Of a stretch of 64,000 nucleotides of DNA, positions 37,802 through 51,044 are shown one piece after another. Numbering within the stretch: position 1 is the first letter of the stretch; each line of letters starts with the position of its first letter. The stretch is from Eledone cirrhosa (taxonomy: Eukaryota): assembly GCA_964016885.1 (NCBI GenBank), contig OZ024743.1, forward strand, positions 70,060,001 to 70,124,000, written 5' to 3'. Under the pieces are notes generated by a model. It searched no databases, had not been told where the DNA came from, and saw nothing but the letters and a program-made list of their open reading frames with translations. Position numbers and translations under genes: made by a program.

Positions 37802-39699
37802 TGATTGCGGTGGTTTGGCATACAGGTTGCTGGGTTTTGGCTCAAAATTGGTGATGTAGTCTCTTTCCTTATCAGTAAGTGAGTTGTGGTATTTTGAAGC
37901 CAGGTTGTTGATCTTCATGATGTTGTGGTCTATATTTGACGGTATTTCATGATAGAATGTTGTGTCTTTCAGTTGTTCCTCAACCAAATCCTTGTAGTAT
38001 TCAGTATCCATTATAACAACTGCACCCCCTTTATCTGCTTGTTTAATTATTATTGTTTTATCATTTTGTATACGTTTAAGTGCAGACATTTCTGATTTGT
38101 TAATGTTTGGCCTAACATTAGTATTACGTCTAAGAGGAAATTTAGACAGGATGTCAATATATTGGTCGAGATAGATATTTCTTCCTTTTGGCGGAGTGAA
38201 ATTTGATTTATTATTTACTAGTGATTCATCACTCTCATTACTTTTATCAGCGAAGAATTCTACAAGACGTAATTTTCGACAGAATTCTTGGGTATCCTCC
38301 TTCAGTTCTTGGTGGTTGACTGTTGGAGTCGGTGTGAATTACAGTCCTTTTGACAGAATTTGCATTTCATCATTGTCAAGATCTCTTTTAGATAAATTAA
38401 TTATTTTAGGATCTACCTGTACAGTTGTTTTGGGTATGTTTCCTCCTGGAGTTTTTCTTTTTCCGGTTTTTGTTGTCCTGACGTTAAAAAATGGATTTTT
38501 CTCTGTTCAGGATTTATATTCCTGTTGGTGTTCGCTTGATGAACTTTTGTTCGTGATATTATATTTGGTTTCGTTATGTATCTTGTCCTATTTTTGGTAT
38601 TATGTATATTATTTTTCCTGTTAGCATTATTTTTAACAATCTGGGGAAATGACCTAGGTTTGCTTTCAGGTTTAGATCGTTTTTTCGCCCAGTTTCTTGT
38701 GGGCAATCTCTGTTGAGATCTTGAGAGTGATCTGGTTATTCTACGTTTTGTTTCCACATTCCTTGTTGGTAGTCTCTGTTGAGATCTTGAGAATGATCTC
38801 CTGGTTTTACTACTTCTCATGGTCTGGTCAAAGGAATATCTATCGTGTTTGTGCTTTTTGTTCATGTTGTGTGCGATAGGGTGTTTTTGTAGAAAAAGTG
38901 AAGAGTTATTACCGTAGTTCTTCTTTGATTCAAGGTAAGGTGAGTGTTTGTGTTGGCACGTGTTCTGGCGTATGTTGTGTTGGTAAGATTGTCCACTGTT
39001 AATGCTTTTTCTCATGGTACCAGAGTCTTTACCGTAATTTGCAGCATATTCGTCGAGAAATAATTGTTTCTGCTGCCATACCTTTCTTGATTTGTTTTCT
39101 TCTTTTGAGATATCTCTGATCCATAGTTCTCGTAGTTTTTCAGCTATAATACCAGTCGTTAGCTTTGAAATTTCAACTTCAATTTGGTCATCAATAGCTT
39201 CATATTTGGCTTTGTAGCGGGATTGTTTACATTGAGAAATGGAGATGTCGCTCCTGAATTTTGTCAATGTAAGTTCCCATCGGAGTTTTGTTTCTTCTTC
39301 TGGTTCTCCTGCAATTTCTGTAATTAGGTATTTACGAGGGAGTATGGGTGCCGTTAGAGAGAGCCATTTCGAATGTGTTTCGACATATTTTTCGCATTTG
39401 TATGCCTTCCAGAAGTTTTGTTTTCTTATGTTAAGGAATTTTTTCCATGTCTTCCACATTTCTTTTCTTATTCGATGTGTTTTGTTTTCCAAATTTCTTT
39501 CGTTTAGTTCTGACATCCAAGGGGGTTGTGGTAGGCTTTCTCTTGTATATTTGATATCTGTTGGTATAATTTCAGCTAAATTCTTAATTTCAGAGTTTAT
39601 ATGTTCAGTTATAAGATTTCCGTCTGTAGATTGTTTTTCTATTTCCTTTAAAATAGAGGATTGTGTGTCAATCATCGTGATAAGTGTTGATAATTTCGA

Positions 39700-39700
<1 letters not shown>
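37802..39700 (-). pseudogene. 5' portion of a Penelope-like element: long N-terminal region plus start of RT, 3'-truncated
   Basis: IIIKQADKGGAVVIMDTEYY...LTDKERDYITNFEPKPSNLYAKP; upstream LSKGL*FTPTP and RKLRLVEFF motifs; about 430-aa open N-terminal region. Confidence 0.8.
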
Positions 39701-39738
<38 letters not shown>

Positions 39739-39777
39739 TACACACACATATATACACACACATATATATATATGTGT

Positions 39778-39901
<124 letters not shown>

Positions 39902-40296
39902 GGTGTGTATATATGTGTACAGAAATCTACGTAGGTGTATTTATGCATCAAACATCACGGACATCCATACATCCATGCATGTATTTCTAATTGTTTATTT
40001 AAAAGTCGAAAATAGAATGTTCCGCCGCAAAGCATTGTTGTTCTATCCCACAAATACAGTTTAGGTTTATTTCAGTGAAACAGTCTTCACACACCATTAT
40101 CCCGGAGTATTGATTCTAAATTATAGAAATGGTCTTTCAGATTACCAGCCTCTTATGAATTATTAGCGAATATAATGTATATCCACACACGCACACACTC
40201 AATAATATACATGCACACACATACACACATATACACACACATTCACATCCACACACATACACATACACACACACACACAATCACACACACACACAG

Positions 40297-40369
<73 letters not shown>

Positions 40370-40472
40370 TATATATAAGTATGTATATGAAAAAGTGAAC
40401 GGAATATACATATATATATATATATAAATGAAAGGTATAGAAAACATTGTAGCAAAAAGCCAACAGTATTCC

Positions 40473-40504
<32 letters not shown>

Positions 40505-40860
40505 CGATATTAATAAATGGAAACTATATTTATAAAACCATATTTATTTCATTATACATATTTCAGGGATATCATATTAAATTATGGTATGCCTTCATCA
40601 AACAAAATACAATATATAACAGTTTTACAAATAGCTTTGACGTACCCTTTTAAAATGCAACCATTACTTTTGGAGGTTGTCTGGATAGTAATGGTTGCAT
40701 TTTAAAAGGGTACGTCAAAGCTATTTGTAAAACTGTTATATATTGTATTTTGTCTGATGAATATAAATATCGTATATCTACTCCAAAAACTTGTCGAGTG
40801 CTTTATATCAGTTATAAAAATATTTACTTGTTGTATCCCAACAACTTTAAATAGAACTTT

Positions 40861-40914
<54 letters not shown>

Positions 40915-40915
<1 letters not shown>

Positions 40916-41906
40916 GTGGGAAAGTAAGAAATCGGAGAATAGACCGTTAAAACAGCACCTACGTACGTTTCGCCCAGTTGGGCTTCTCAAGGGCATAAAT
41001 AACCAAAAGTGTTCCTTACATTGCTCGGAAAGAATTTTGGGGGTTAAGTTCACGTCAAGGTTTATTGCTCGCAAAAATAGCGTGTTTTGATTTTGCAGCA
41101 GGTCAAGGGAGGTAACTCTGGCTGGTTTTAGGGCAGTCTTTCCCGGGCAAATTTTTAACCGTTACAAGATGCGGTTACAACCTTACCATTGTCGATACGC
41201 ACAGGGTCATGTAACCAACGCTTATTTTGAGACGTTTGTTTGTCGCATCCGTTTGTCTGGGTTGTTTGAGGCTGGGTCTGGTATGCATGGTTAGTTTCTT
41301 GGGTGTTATTTTGCAGCGCCTGCTCGCTGGGGTGTTAAAACTTGTTGCAGGGAGATCTGGTGCACGGTTTCACTCCTCATCCTTAACCCATCTGAAGAAG
41401 GATATTTTTAAGCGATGCGTACAACTTATCGCTGTTTCAGTTCTGCTGTTGATGAGCTCGTGGGGTGCAGTTATGATGTGGTAGAGCTCCATGAGGCAAA
41501 GATCCCACTTCCTCTTGAAGTTGTATGGTGCAGCCCTGCCGACAATATCCCAGTGCGTGGAGAAGCTGATGTTTAAGTCCTTTAGTGATGTCATGTAGTC
41601 GGCGAGCGAAGTGGAGTGTCTTAATTTTTTATTTGTGAAAGAGTAGAGATGTGTTCGAAACCTAATTTTGAACGGGCCGGAGGTAGGCCCTATATAATGT
41701 TTAACGCTATTGTGGCTAGTTACAGTGCATCTATATATAACCCTATCAGTCAAGCAGTATCCGATATATCTAGGAAAACGTCTCATGAATCATAACAGCC
41801 AGTGATAGCCACTGGAAAAGGATTTTATTTTTCCCTCTTTATAAATCCTTTTCCAGTGGCTATCACTGGCTGTTATGATTCATGTGACGTTTTCCTAGAT
41901 ATATCG
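40915..41906 (-). mobile_element. 5'-truncated Naiad-like PLE (GIY-YIG end) with 5' inverted repeat and HHR variant
   Basis: VIYRCTV...HYIGPTSGPFKIRFRTH...WDIVGRAAPY...LCLMELYHI...LINSRTE..SCTH; inverted repeat 41762-41826/41842-41906. Confidence 0.8.
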
Positions 41907-42100
41907 TAATATCATACACTTTAAAATTTTTAGAACAGTTACAGTATGCAACGTTCTGTATTACTCACACATTCTCTAATGAATTTATTACGTTTTCGCA
42001 TTTTCCCATCAATAGGATATAAGTAAAATTTTCTCTCGGGTTAATCACTACCTTGATTAAATCTTAACCATTTAACATCTCAGGGTATGTCATGTATCAT

Positions 42101-42159
42101 TATATTTTGTCTGATGAGGACGTACTGTTGTACATCCGAAATATGTATAATAAAATGTA
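42101..42159 (+). ncRNA. Type-I hammerhead ribozyme motif
   Basis: TATATTTTGT CTGATGA GGACGTAC TGTT GTACATCC GAAA TATGTA TA ATAAAATGTA; 10-bp stem I with two G-U pairs. Confidence 0.75.
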
Positions 42160-42288
42160 ATTGATCAAAAGAACATCTATTTTATTAATACTTATATTTT
42201 AATATTAATAACTCCAGAAAATAATTTTCCCATTGAGTGCTTCCAATCTACATAATCATTGAATATTGTTTAACACGTTAATAATAAT

Positions 42289-42371
<83 letters not shown>

Positions 42372-42373
<2 letters not shown>

Positions 42374-43080
42374 AGGGGGAGAAATAAAATTCGAATTTTA
42401 TATATATATATAAGCAAGTATTGCACCAAGAAAAATAAAACGTTGGCGTATAGAGATTATGAATTTATTTGCTTTGACATATGTTTCTCTATCTATTATA
42501 AATTGTCTACATATGCTGACTACAATATATATTATTCAATCATATGTAATACTTAATTATTTATTACACTTCATCAGAAAGCCTATAGTAGTGGAATTCA
42601 ACTGTTCACCACGAAGTAGAAATCAGTAACGAGGTTTCGTTTAAGTAAATGTAAATAGGTTTAAAATAGCATGAAATACAGGCAGTTAGTGTGATAGAAG
42701 AGAGGAGAGGGAGTGGGGGTAAAGAGTTTTCTACTATCAATCTGTGTGCTGTGATGTGGAACAATTATTCTTTGACCATTGTTAGAGGTGAATGTTTTGA
42801 TGTTACCATATATGAGTGTAGAAAGGGTATAAGGAGAGGGACAGAGATAGATAAGAGTAGACTAGAGTGGGTAAGGAGGAAAGGAATTAAGAAAATGGAT
42901 TTGTTTTGATTATTACTGAATCTCTTGGTTGTGACAAGTACAAATGCCACAGGAAATATATTAAATAGGATATAGTAAAACCTAGGTATTAGGGATCGAA
43001 TCTTGTTCTAGTCCAGTTTGTATTTAGCGAAGGTTATTAGAATCTTGTGTTTGCAATTAAATGTCTTATCGCCCTCACTT
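42372..43080 (-). mobile_element. Probable PLE 3' remnant
   Basis: The minus strand at 43008-43079 encodes SEGDKTFNCKHKILITFAKYKLD* (CxH as at the Naiad-like C-termini in this window); CTGATGA on the minus strand near 42571-42577; (TA)n flanks. Confidence 0.4.
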
Positions 43081-43103
43081 ACTTATATATATATCAACTA
43101 GAA

Positions 43104-43159
<56 letters not shown>

Positions 43160-43160
43160 G

Positions 43161-43225
<65 letters not shown>

Positions 43226-43898
43226 TTATCCCCTCTCTCTCTGCTCCCTTACCACTCCTCCCCTCACTTCTGTTTTCCTTCATCTCTCGCTCTTTGCGCC
43301 CGATCTCGCTAAGACAGACGTTTTTCTCTTGGCTTTCTATCGTGCTGTTAATACGGATTCAGGGCTAACGTTCGGTTTCCTTTTTAACTTCTCCCTCTCT
43401 CCCATTGGTTACTGAAACTTATATGTTCTACTGTCTCGTGTTTCCCTCTTCTATCGGTATGTTTCTTTTCTGTTTATTTCCTTTTTCTGTCGTTCTCTTC
43501 GCTATCATCTCTATTTTTTTCTTTTTTTTTTCTTTCGTTTCCTTCCCTAATAACAATTCCGCTTAGTTAATAACGCACTGTGGTGAGATGTACTGGCTTT
43601 AATACGTCAAAACATCGGCAACCAACAGCAGAGAGCCGAAGATCGGGAATTGTCCCTATGTTTGTGTTTCACTTATGTTTTTTAAACAATGTTTATCAGT
43701 AACCACACAGTGCCTTTGTCACACACACACACACATAAACACACGCACACATACACACACACGCACACGTACACAAACACGCACACACACATACACACAC
43801 ACACATTTTTATACAATATATATATATATATAAATGCTCACATCAATTATAACACACACGGAGCCATATTCTTGTCTTGTTCACTAATATATGTATGC

Positions 43899-43961
<63 letters not shown>

Positions 43962-43989
43962 ATTACATTTTATTCTACAACGAAGGCAT

Positions 43990-45545
43990 GACACGGAGAT
44001 CAGCAAGTAGTCGCTGTTTCTTTAAGACTGTGTTATTGTACGGCGCTGCTCTTTCAAAGTAGGTTTGTTTGATGATATCTTTCATATGCACTTATTGATG
44101 TTCGCAACTAGATTCTTAAAGACAATAGGTAGATGGCATTAGTTTGTTCTGTATATATCTAAGTTTCTCGCTAAGCTTATAGAAAGATTTATATGTGTAT
44201 GTACATAGGTCTACGCTTAGGTCTAAGAAGTTGACATTAGTAAGGTCAGTAGATACTGTAATGTTTAGTCCTACTTCGATAGAAGTGGTATCGAGGTCAT
44301 GGTCGTTTTTATGGCTTGCTAGGGCGAGAACATCGTCATGGTATAAACCCGTCTGAAATTTCGGAAATTTCACGCGTAATGTGTCAAGGATGAAGAACCC
44401 CGCCAAATCTAAAACATCATGGCTCTCAAAAGAACCCATAGGATCACCAAAGAGGTCGTTTGTAGCTGATTTCTCTACTACCCACGAAAACCCCTGAGGG
44501 TTTTCCTGGAGTGGGATAAGACCAGATGGTCCAAATCATGGACATTGGTGAATTTACTAGCGAAAACCGACGTTTTGTCGAGAAATGCCCTGAATATCGA
44601 TGGATAAAGATCAGCAATATCTTATTGGGTTAATCTGGCCTTATCAGTGTTCTTGAGGACGTTGAACCAATATTAAATACAACTTGATTATTTCCCCATT
44701 GGTTGAGCTTGTCTAATTGTAGTATTTATATTTCTGAGCAAATCCGTACTTACTAGACTTAATTCTCTTTTGGCAGGGTTTATAAGACTATATGTAGGGT
44801 CGGAAGTAAAATATGCCTTGTGATCCTTAAGTGTGATGTAGGCCTCCCACTTATCTAAACATTCTAATTTCTTATCTACCATCATGGTGTAGGTTGTATA
44901 TTTGATAATTGTAGTATATTCCATAATTGATAGTATGATACGTAGTGCGGTCAGCTTTCTTGTATTTGGAATGTATTGTCTATTTAGTCGGTGGTTGGGT
45001 GTAGGTAGGTCAAGATATTAGTGCTTATTAAATAATTTGAAATGTTTTAAGTCCCTCCTTATTTTCTTCTGAAAGTGGTTAGAGCGTTTATGGGAGGAAA
45101 TATTTGCTACTATATGAAGAAGATAGGCTTGCAATGGTGCGAGGCAGTTTACCTTGGCTGGATAATTCCTAGATTTCAAGTTAAAGGTACTAGGAGTACC
45201 AGATAGTATCCTGTCCAAAGCCAATACCCACCATCTCAAACATTTTTCATCATATCTTCAGTCTGTTGCAGAATGAGATTTGAATAAGTTTTATTAGAAG
45301 GAGAAGGAATGTGTGAATCTTTTGTGGAGAAATTTCCCGTTGTGAACGATACTTGGATACAAAAGCGCTTGAGAAGCTAACCAGCCTTTAGGTGGTTTAT
45401 TCTCAAAAACCTTTCTGGCAACCAGATATCTCTAAATATTCGCCTGGATGTTTTTAATTGCTGTACCCAAGTTTTGAATTATCTGATGATTTTAATTTCT
45501 TTCATTTTTCCACCCATAAATTTACCTCCTTTAAAATATAAATAA
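43990..45545 (-). pseudogene. Naiad-like PLE reverse transcriptase, heavily degraded
   Basis: AYITLKDHK..DPTYSLINPAKREL, MGSFESHDVLDLAG, GLYHDDVLA, NFLDLSVDL..YKSFYK. Confidence 0.8.
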
Positions 45546-45554
45546 CTTCTCTGT

Positions 45555-45634
<80 letters not shown>

Positions 45635-45826
45635 GAAAATGTTCAAGACCCCGAAGGCAGAGCTCAAGCCGTTTCGACGGCTATTTCTGGTCCAGAAATA
45701 ACCGTCGGAACGGCTGAGCTCTGTCGTCGGTGTCTTGAACATTTTCCTATTACCCACTCTACTACCCTAAGTATTGAGTACTCTGGTGCGTTATGGTCCA
45801 TCTGGTTCCTTACCACACTTCCTTCG

Positions 45827-45875
<49 letters not shown>

Positions 45876-46318
45876 AGAACTGAATAATTCTCATTTCCCA
45901 ATTTCATTTTCTGTACCACTCCATATATAATAAGTTCTAAAACGTTTTGACAAATAAGTTACGACGAGGAATTTTCAGCACACCCTTGTCAGAGTGTATA
46001 TGTCTCTATGAATCAATAATTCTTAGTTGAAAATATATTTAGACAGAAGTGTTTAAGAAATTTACTAGTTCGCACTATGGAGAAATAAAACTTACATGTA
46101 TTGCCAGCTAAGAAATTTCAAACTCAATTATAAATGTTTTTCTAATGTTTCTCTTTTGTTTTTATTATTTTCTGTCTCGAGCGAAAATTGCTGGCGGAAA
46201 TCTTTAATCACAAACTACTAGTTCCTGAGAGAAAATGTAATCAACATTTCACAGACTAATACTTATTTCGTAAACTTTTATCAGATTTTTATTCTCAACT
46301 GAACATTACTTGACGAAC

Positions 46319-46416
<98 letters not shown>

Positions 46417-46417
46417 T

Positions 46418-46511
<94 letters not shown>

Positions 46512-46526
46512 ATATATATATATATG

Positions 46527-46600
<74 letters not shown>

Positions 46601-47278
46601 AATATGTATATATATATATATGTGTGTGTGTGTACATATATTTGTGAGATATTAAAACTCTCCTAGGATTCTCCCTGTAATTATAATCTGTACTGATATA
46701 TGACGTCATGCAGACGAATAAAATATTAAATAGTTTAACACTGTTAACGTTTGTTTCATTTACTTAATGTTTTTTTCAAAGTTTATAAAGAGAACTAGTT
46801 TGAAATTCATGAGCAAAAGAAATGACTGCTTCGCTCTGTAAAGAATGGAAAAAATAAGAATACCCGGATGTATTGACAACAAAGAAATTTTAGCCTTGAT
46901 CACAAATAGCATTTTATTTTATTTTATTTTATTTTTCAGTGCGAAAATCGCTAGCGGATATCTTTAATCACAAACAACAGGTTCATATGATGAGATGAGA
47001 AAACCAGACTTCAACATATCAAAAAGACAAGACTTTTACTGTAAAGAACAGAATTCTAATATCCTGACGAACAGCTTTGCCTTTTGGCCAATAATGAGAC
47101 ATGACAACGTATGTCATTTTTTTTCTTTTTTCTTGATTTTTTAAAGCCATTTTTACGTTCACCACAAACTGATCTTATTTCTGTTTCTAGACAATTCGGC
47201 AGAAAATGGCACTACTTTGAATGAAACACTATTGTCTGATTTTTAGCTTCAATTCAATAATATACCTACGCGCACATG

Positions 47279-47404
<126 letters not shown>

Positions 47405-47429
47405 ATATATATATACATACATATATATA

Positions 47430-48586
47430 TAAAGAATTAGTATATCTAGTAACATATATATACACAGATGCATACTTATGCTAGCAAATATATAGGTTTT
47501 GTCTTAGTAACTTTGTGGTTCAATGCATGGGGTTGCAGAACAAGAATATGAAAGACGTAAAATAAGAAAATTATAAAATTAACTTACTTACTAAAATTTC
47601 ACTCCCAACTAATTAGTTTCTGAAAGGGAATAAACATACTTTACGAAGAAGCGTACGGAGAAGCCTTTCGTCAATCGGGAAGTCTATTCTAAGCTAAGTT
47701 TCCAGGCAATACGTGGACACAGGGAACTTATACAAAAATAATTCAGTGGATCGAAAAAAGCAAAGCGTGGACTAAATTCCAAGCCATTGAGAAAATCACT
47801 GCCTACTGCGTCGGTGGCAAATTCAAAAGAATCAATCAGTGGAGAGTGGTTTGTTAAGAAGACAGCAGCCGGACTGTTACTATAGCAGCAGTTTTGGCCA
47901 ATTTTTGCTCGACAAATAATTTGGAGACTTCCCTGATGACGAAAGGCTTCTCCATACGCTTCTTCGGAAAGTATGTTTATTCCCTTTCAGAAACTAATTA
48001 GTTGGGAGTGAAATTTTAGTAAGTAAGTTAATTTTATAATTTTCTTATTTTACGTCTCTCATATTATTGTTCTGCAACCCCATGCATTGAACCACAAAGT
48101 TACTAAGACAGAACCTATATATTTGCTAGCATAAGTATGCATCTGTGTATATATATGTTACTAGATATACTAATTCTTTATAATTACCTCCAAATTATTT
48201 GTCGAGCAAAAATTGGCCAAAACTGCTGCTATAGTAACAGTTCGGCTGCTGTCTTCTTAACAAACCACTCTCCACTGATTGACCTCGATGTCACGTGATT
48301 TATTCTTTTGAATTTGCCACCGACGCAGTAGGCAGTGATTTTCTCAATAGCTTGGAATTTAGTCCACGCTTTGCTTTTATCGATCCACTGAATTATTTTT
48401 GTATAAGTTCCCTGTGTCCACGTATTGCCTGGAAACTTAGCTGAGAATAGACTTCCCTGATGACGAAAGGCTTCTCCGTACGCTTCTTCGGAAAGTATGT
48501 TTATTCCCTTTCAGAAACTAATTAGTTAGGAGTGAAATTATAGTAAGTAAGTTAATTTTATAATTTTCTTATTTTACGTCTCTCAT

Positions 48587-48587
<1 letters not shown>
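47430..48587. mobile_element. Non-coding ~500-524-bp unit present once inverted and about 1.3x in tandem
   Basis: 47430-47926 is the reverse complement of 48188-48587 joined to 47927-48180; ACTTCCCTGATGACG at 47927 and 48451. Confidence 0.85.
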
Positions 48588-48682
<95 letters not shown>

Positions 48683-48683
<1 letters not shown>

Positions 48684-48907
48684 TATTGTTATACTTGGGG
48701 AGGGTCATATTTGTGTAATATTGCCAGAATTAATAACATAACACACTGACTGTTTGGTTGGTTTTCGCTTTTCGCTTCTGTGTCTTTTATATAAAAGATA
48801 TAAAAGACACAGAAGCGAAAAGCGAAAACCAACGAAACAGTGAGTGTTTTCTGTTATTAATTCTGGCAATATTACACAAATATGACCCTCCCCAAGTATA
48901 ACAATAT
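48683..48907. repeat. ~110-bp-arm fold-back element next to (TA)n
   Basis: Near-perfect inverted repeat with a 5-nt loop; terminus GACCCTCCCCAAGTATAACAATAT is shared with 29047-29070. Confidence 0.9.
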
Positions 48908-48945
48908 TTGTTTCGACACACGATTTCATATCAAAAACCTCGCAA

Positions 48946-48993
<48 letters not shown>

Positions 48994-50085
48994 AAATGAA
49001 GCCAGGTTAGTATCAAGTAAATTTTTCTATCAACGGCCAACTACTAATTGTATTGTAAAACGATAGTGACATGACATACTTCCTATATTTACTCGTCTTT
49101 GTTGATTCAGAACGAGATTTATTTTATTCGTGGTGTTAACTCAATGATTTACTCAATCCTATTTTACATCTTTCTCATGAGTACGTTACATGTGTTGTTT
49201 ACGTTTTTCCCACACTTCAGTGTAAATATAATTATTGTACAATGGCAAATATTCTATCATTCATAGAATATTTGCCACGTGTTTCGTCATTTATGCATTA
49301 TCCGTAAAGCGTTATATCGACCCCATATGATTCCATGTGACGTAGATATATATATATATATATATAAATATATATGTGTGTGTGTGTGTGTATAATTGCA
49401 GAAGATATTTACTTATAGATGGTTGTTACACTGTAACTTCGTGAGGATAAGCCGGGCCGCGCGACCCTAAAGTACCTCAATTCAGTAAATTATCCAAGCA
49501 AAAATTTGGTGATTAGGGGTGGCGGGCTATTCATTTATCAAATTAAGATTAGTTAAGACGGGGTTACTTCACCATTATTGCTTTATATATTGACCAACAG
49601 AGGCGGTCAACTAGCAGAGAGCGAAACAGAGCCTCGGTCAGAGACATGAAATTTCCTCTCTAAATATGTATGTAAAACTAATAATTTTTCTTCTCAATGT
49701 TATCATTATTCGTATAAATATTCAATTTAACTGCAATTTCCACTTACGCCGTTGAAAAAGCATATAATGCTGAAACCGGTACCACTATTAAATGCGGAAA
49801 CCCCTCACTTTTATAAATAAATGTTTTGATATTATACTGAAAAAATCCCTCCACTATTTTCTACTGTATTTTTTTCCTTTTTACTATTTGTTTATATATA
49901 TCAAGTCGTGTGTCACTATTCTACATTCCATATATATATATATATATATAAAAGGAAAAAAGATGAAATCGAAAATGCCAACTGGAGTCTTTTTAGGAAT
50001 ATTTATTTGGTTCCTTTACCAGTTTTGCAGTTCTTGTGCTTTTCAAAAGTAGAATTGAGATGGATGGTTTGTGGTTTTTCTCGCA

Positions 50086-50219
<134 letters not shown>

Positions 50220-50442
50220 TCAACGAGACAACAAACAGGGGTACAAAAAGTATTATTAGTTTCACGCATTATATGGAAAAAGGGAAGCTCGACGTATCGA
50301 GCTTTAGCTCTTCTTCAGTAGTATAAAATAGTGACAGGAACTCAAAGGAGATACAGAACCCACGGTGTGATGACTTATAAGATGAAATATGTTCTTGCTG
50401 TTGTAGTTTGTGTTGTAAATATTGTTGAATAATTGACAGATG

Positions 50443-50685
50443 TGAAGGCGCATGGCTTAGTGGTTAGAGCATTGGGCTTGCAATCAAAAGGTTGTGAGAT
50501 CAATTCTCGGACCGGGTGATGTGTTGTTTCCTTGAGCAAGACACTTTATTACACGTTGCTCCAGTTTCCTCAGCTGTAGAAATGAGATGATAGAACTGGG
50601 GTCCCTATCATTAAATTACCCAAGACACCTCCAACGAGATATACCATGGGGAGGCCAGCTAAACCTGCATAGGTGTGGCAGACAC
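50443..50685 (+). mobile_element. tRNA-derived SINE (second family)
   Basis: TGGCTTAGTGG A-box, tRNA-like head, CCTTGAGCAAGACACTT; matches 28044-28281. Confidence 0.87.
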
Positions 50686-50985
50686 ACTTCTTCTCATATC
50701 TACCAGAAGTCATAGTTATTTCAAGCATTTTTCTTTTTGATTATAAGCTGGTATGATTTATTCGGGTCTTCTATCCTTTTCTTTATATATATATATATAT
50801 ATAAGTTTATCCCGGGTTCAATCGGGGGTAACCACAGTAAGTAAGGTACTCAATACAAAGCAGACTATACATATTTAATATAGAAAAGGCTTCTACAGGA
50901 CTAGAACTGTTTCATTCGGTAGAAATCATCAGGGCATCCTGATGATTTCTCCCGAATTAAACCGTTCTACTCCTGCAGAAGCCTT

Positions 50986-51044
<59 letters not shown>

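Noticed and set aside
50450-50520. tRNA gene
   Set aside because: It is the tRNA-derived head of a SINE: degenerate B-box, and it continues into the SINE body also seen at 28044-28281.
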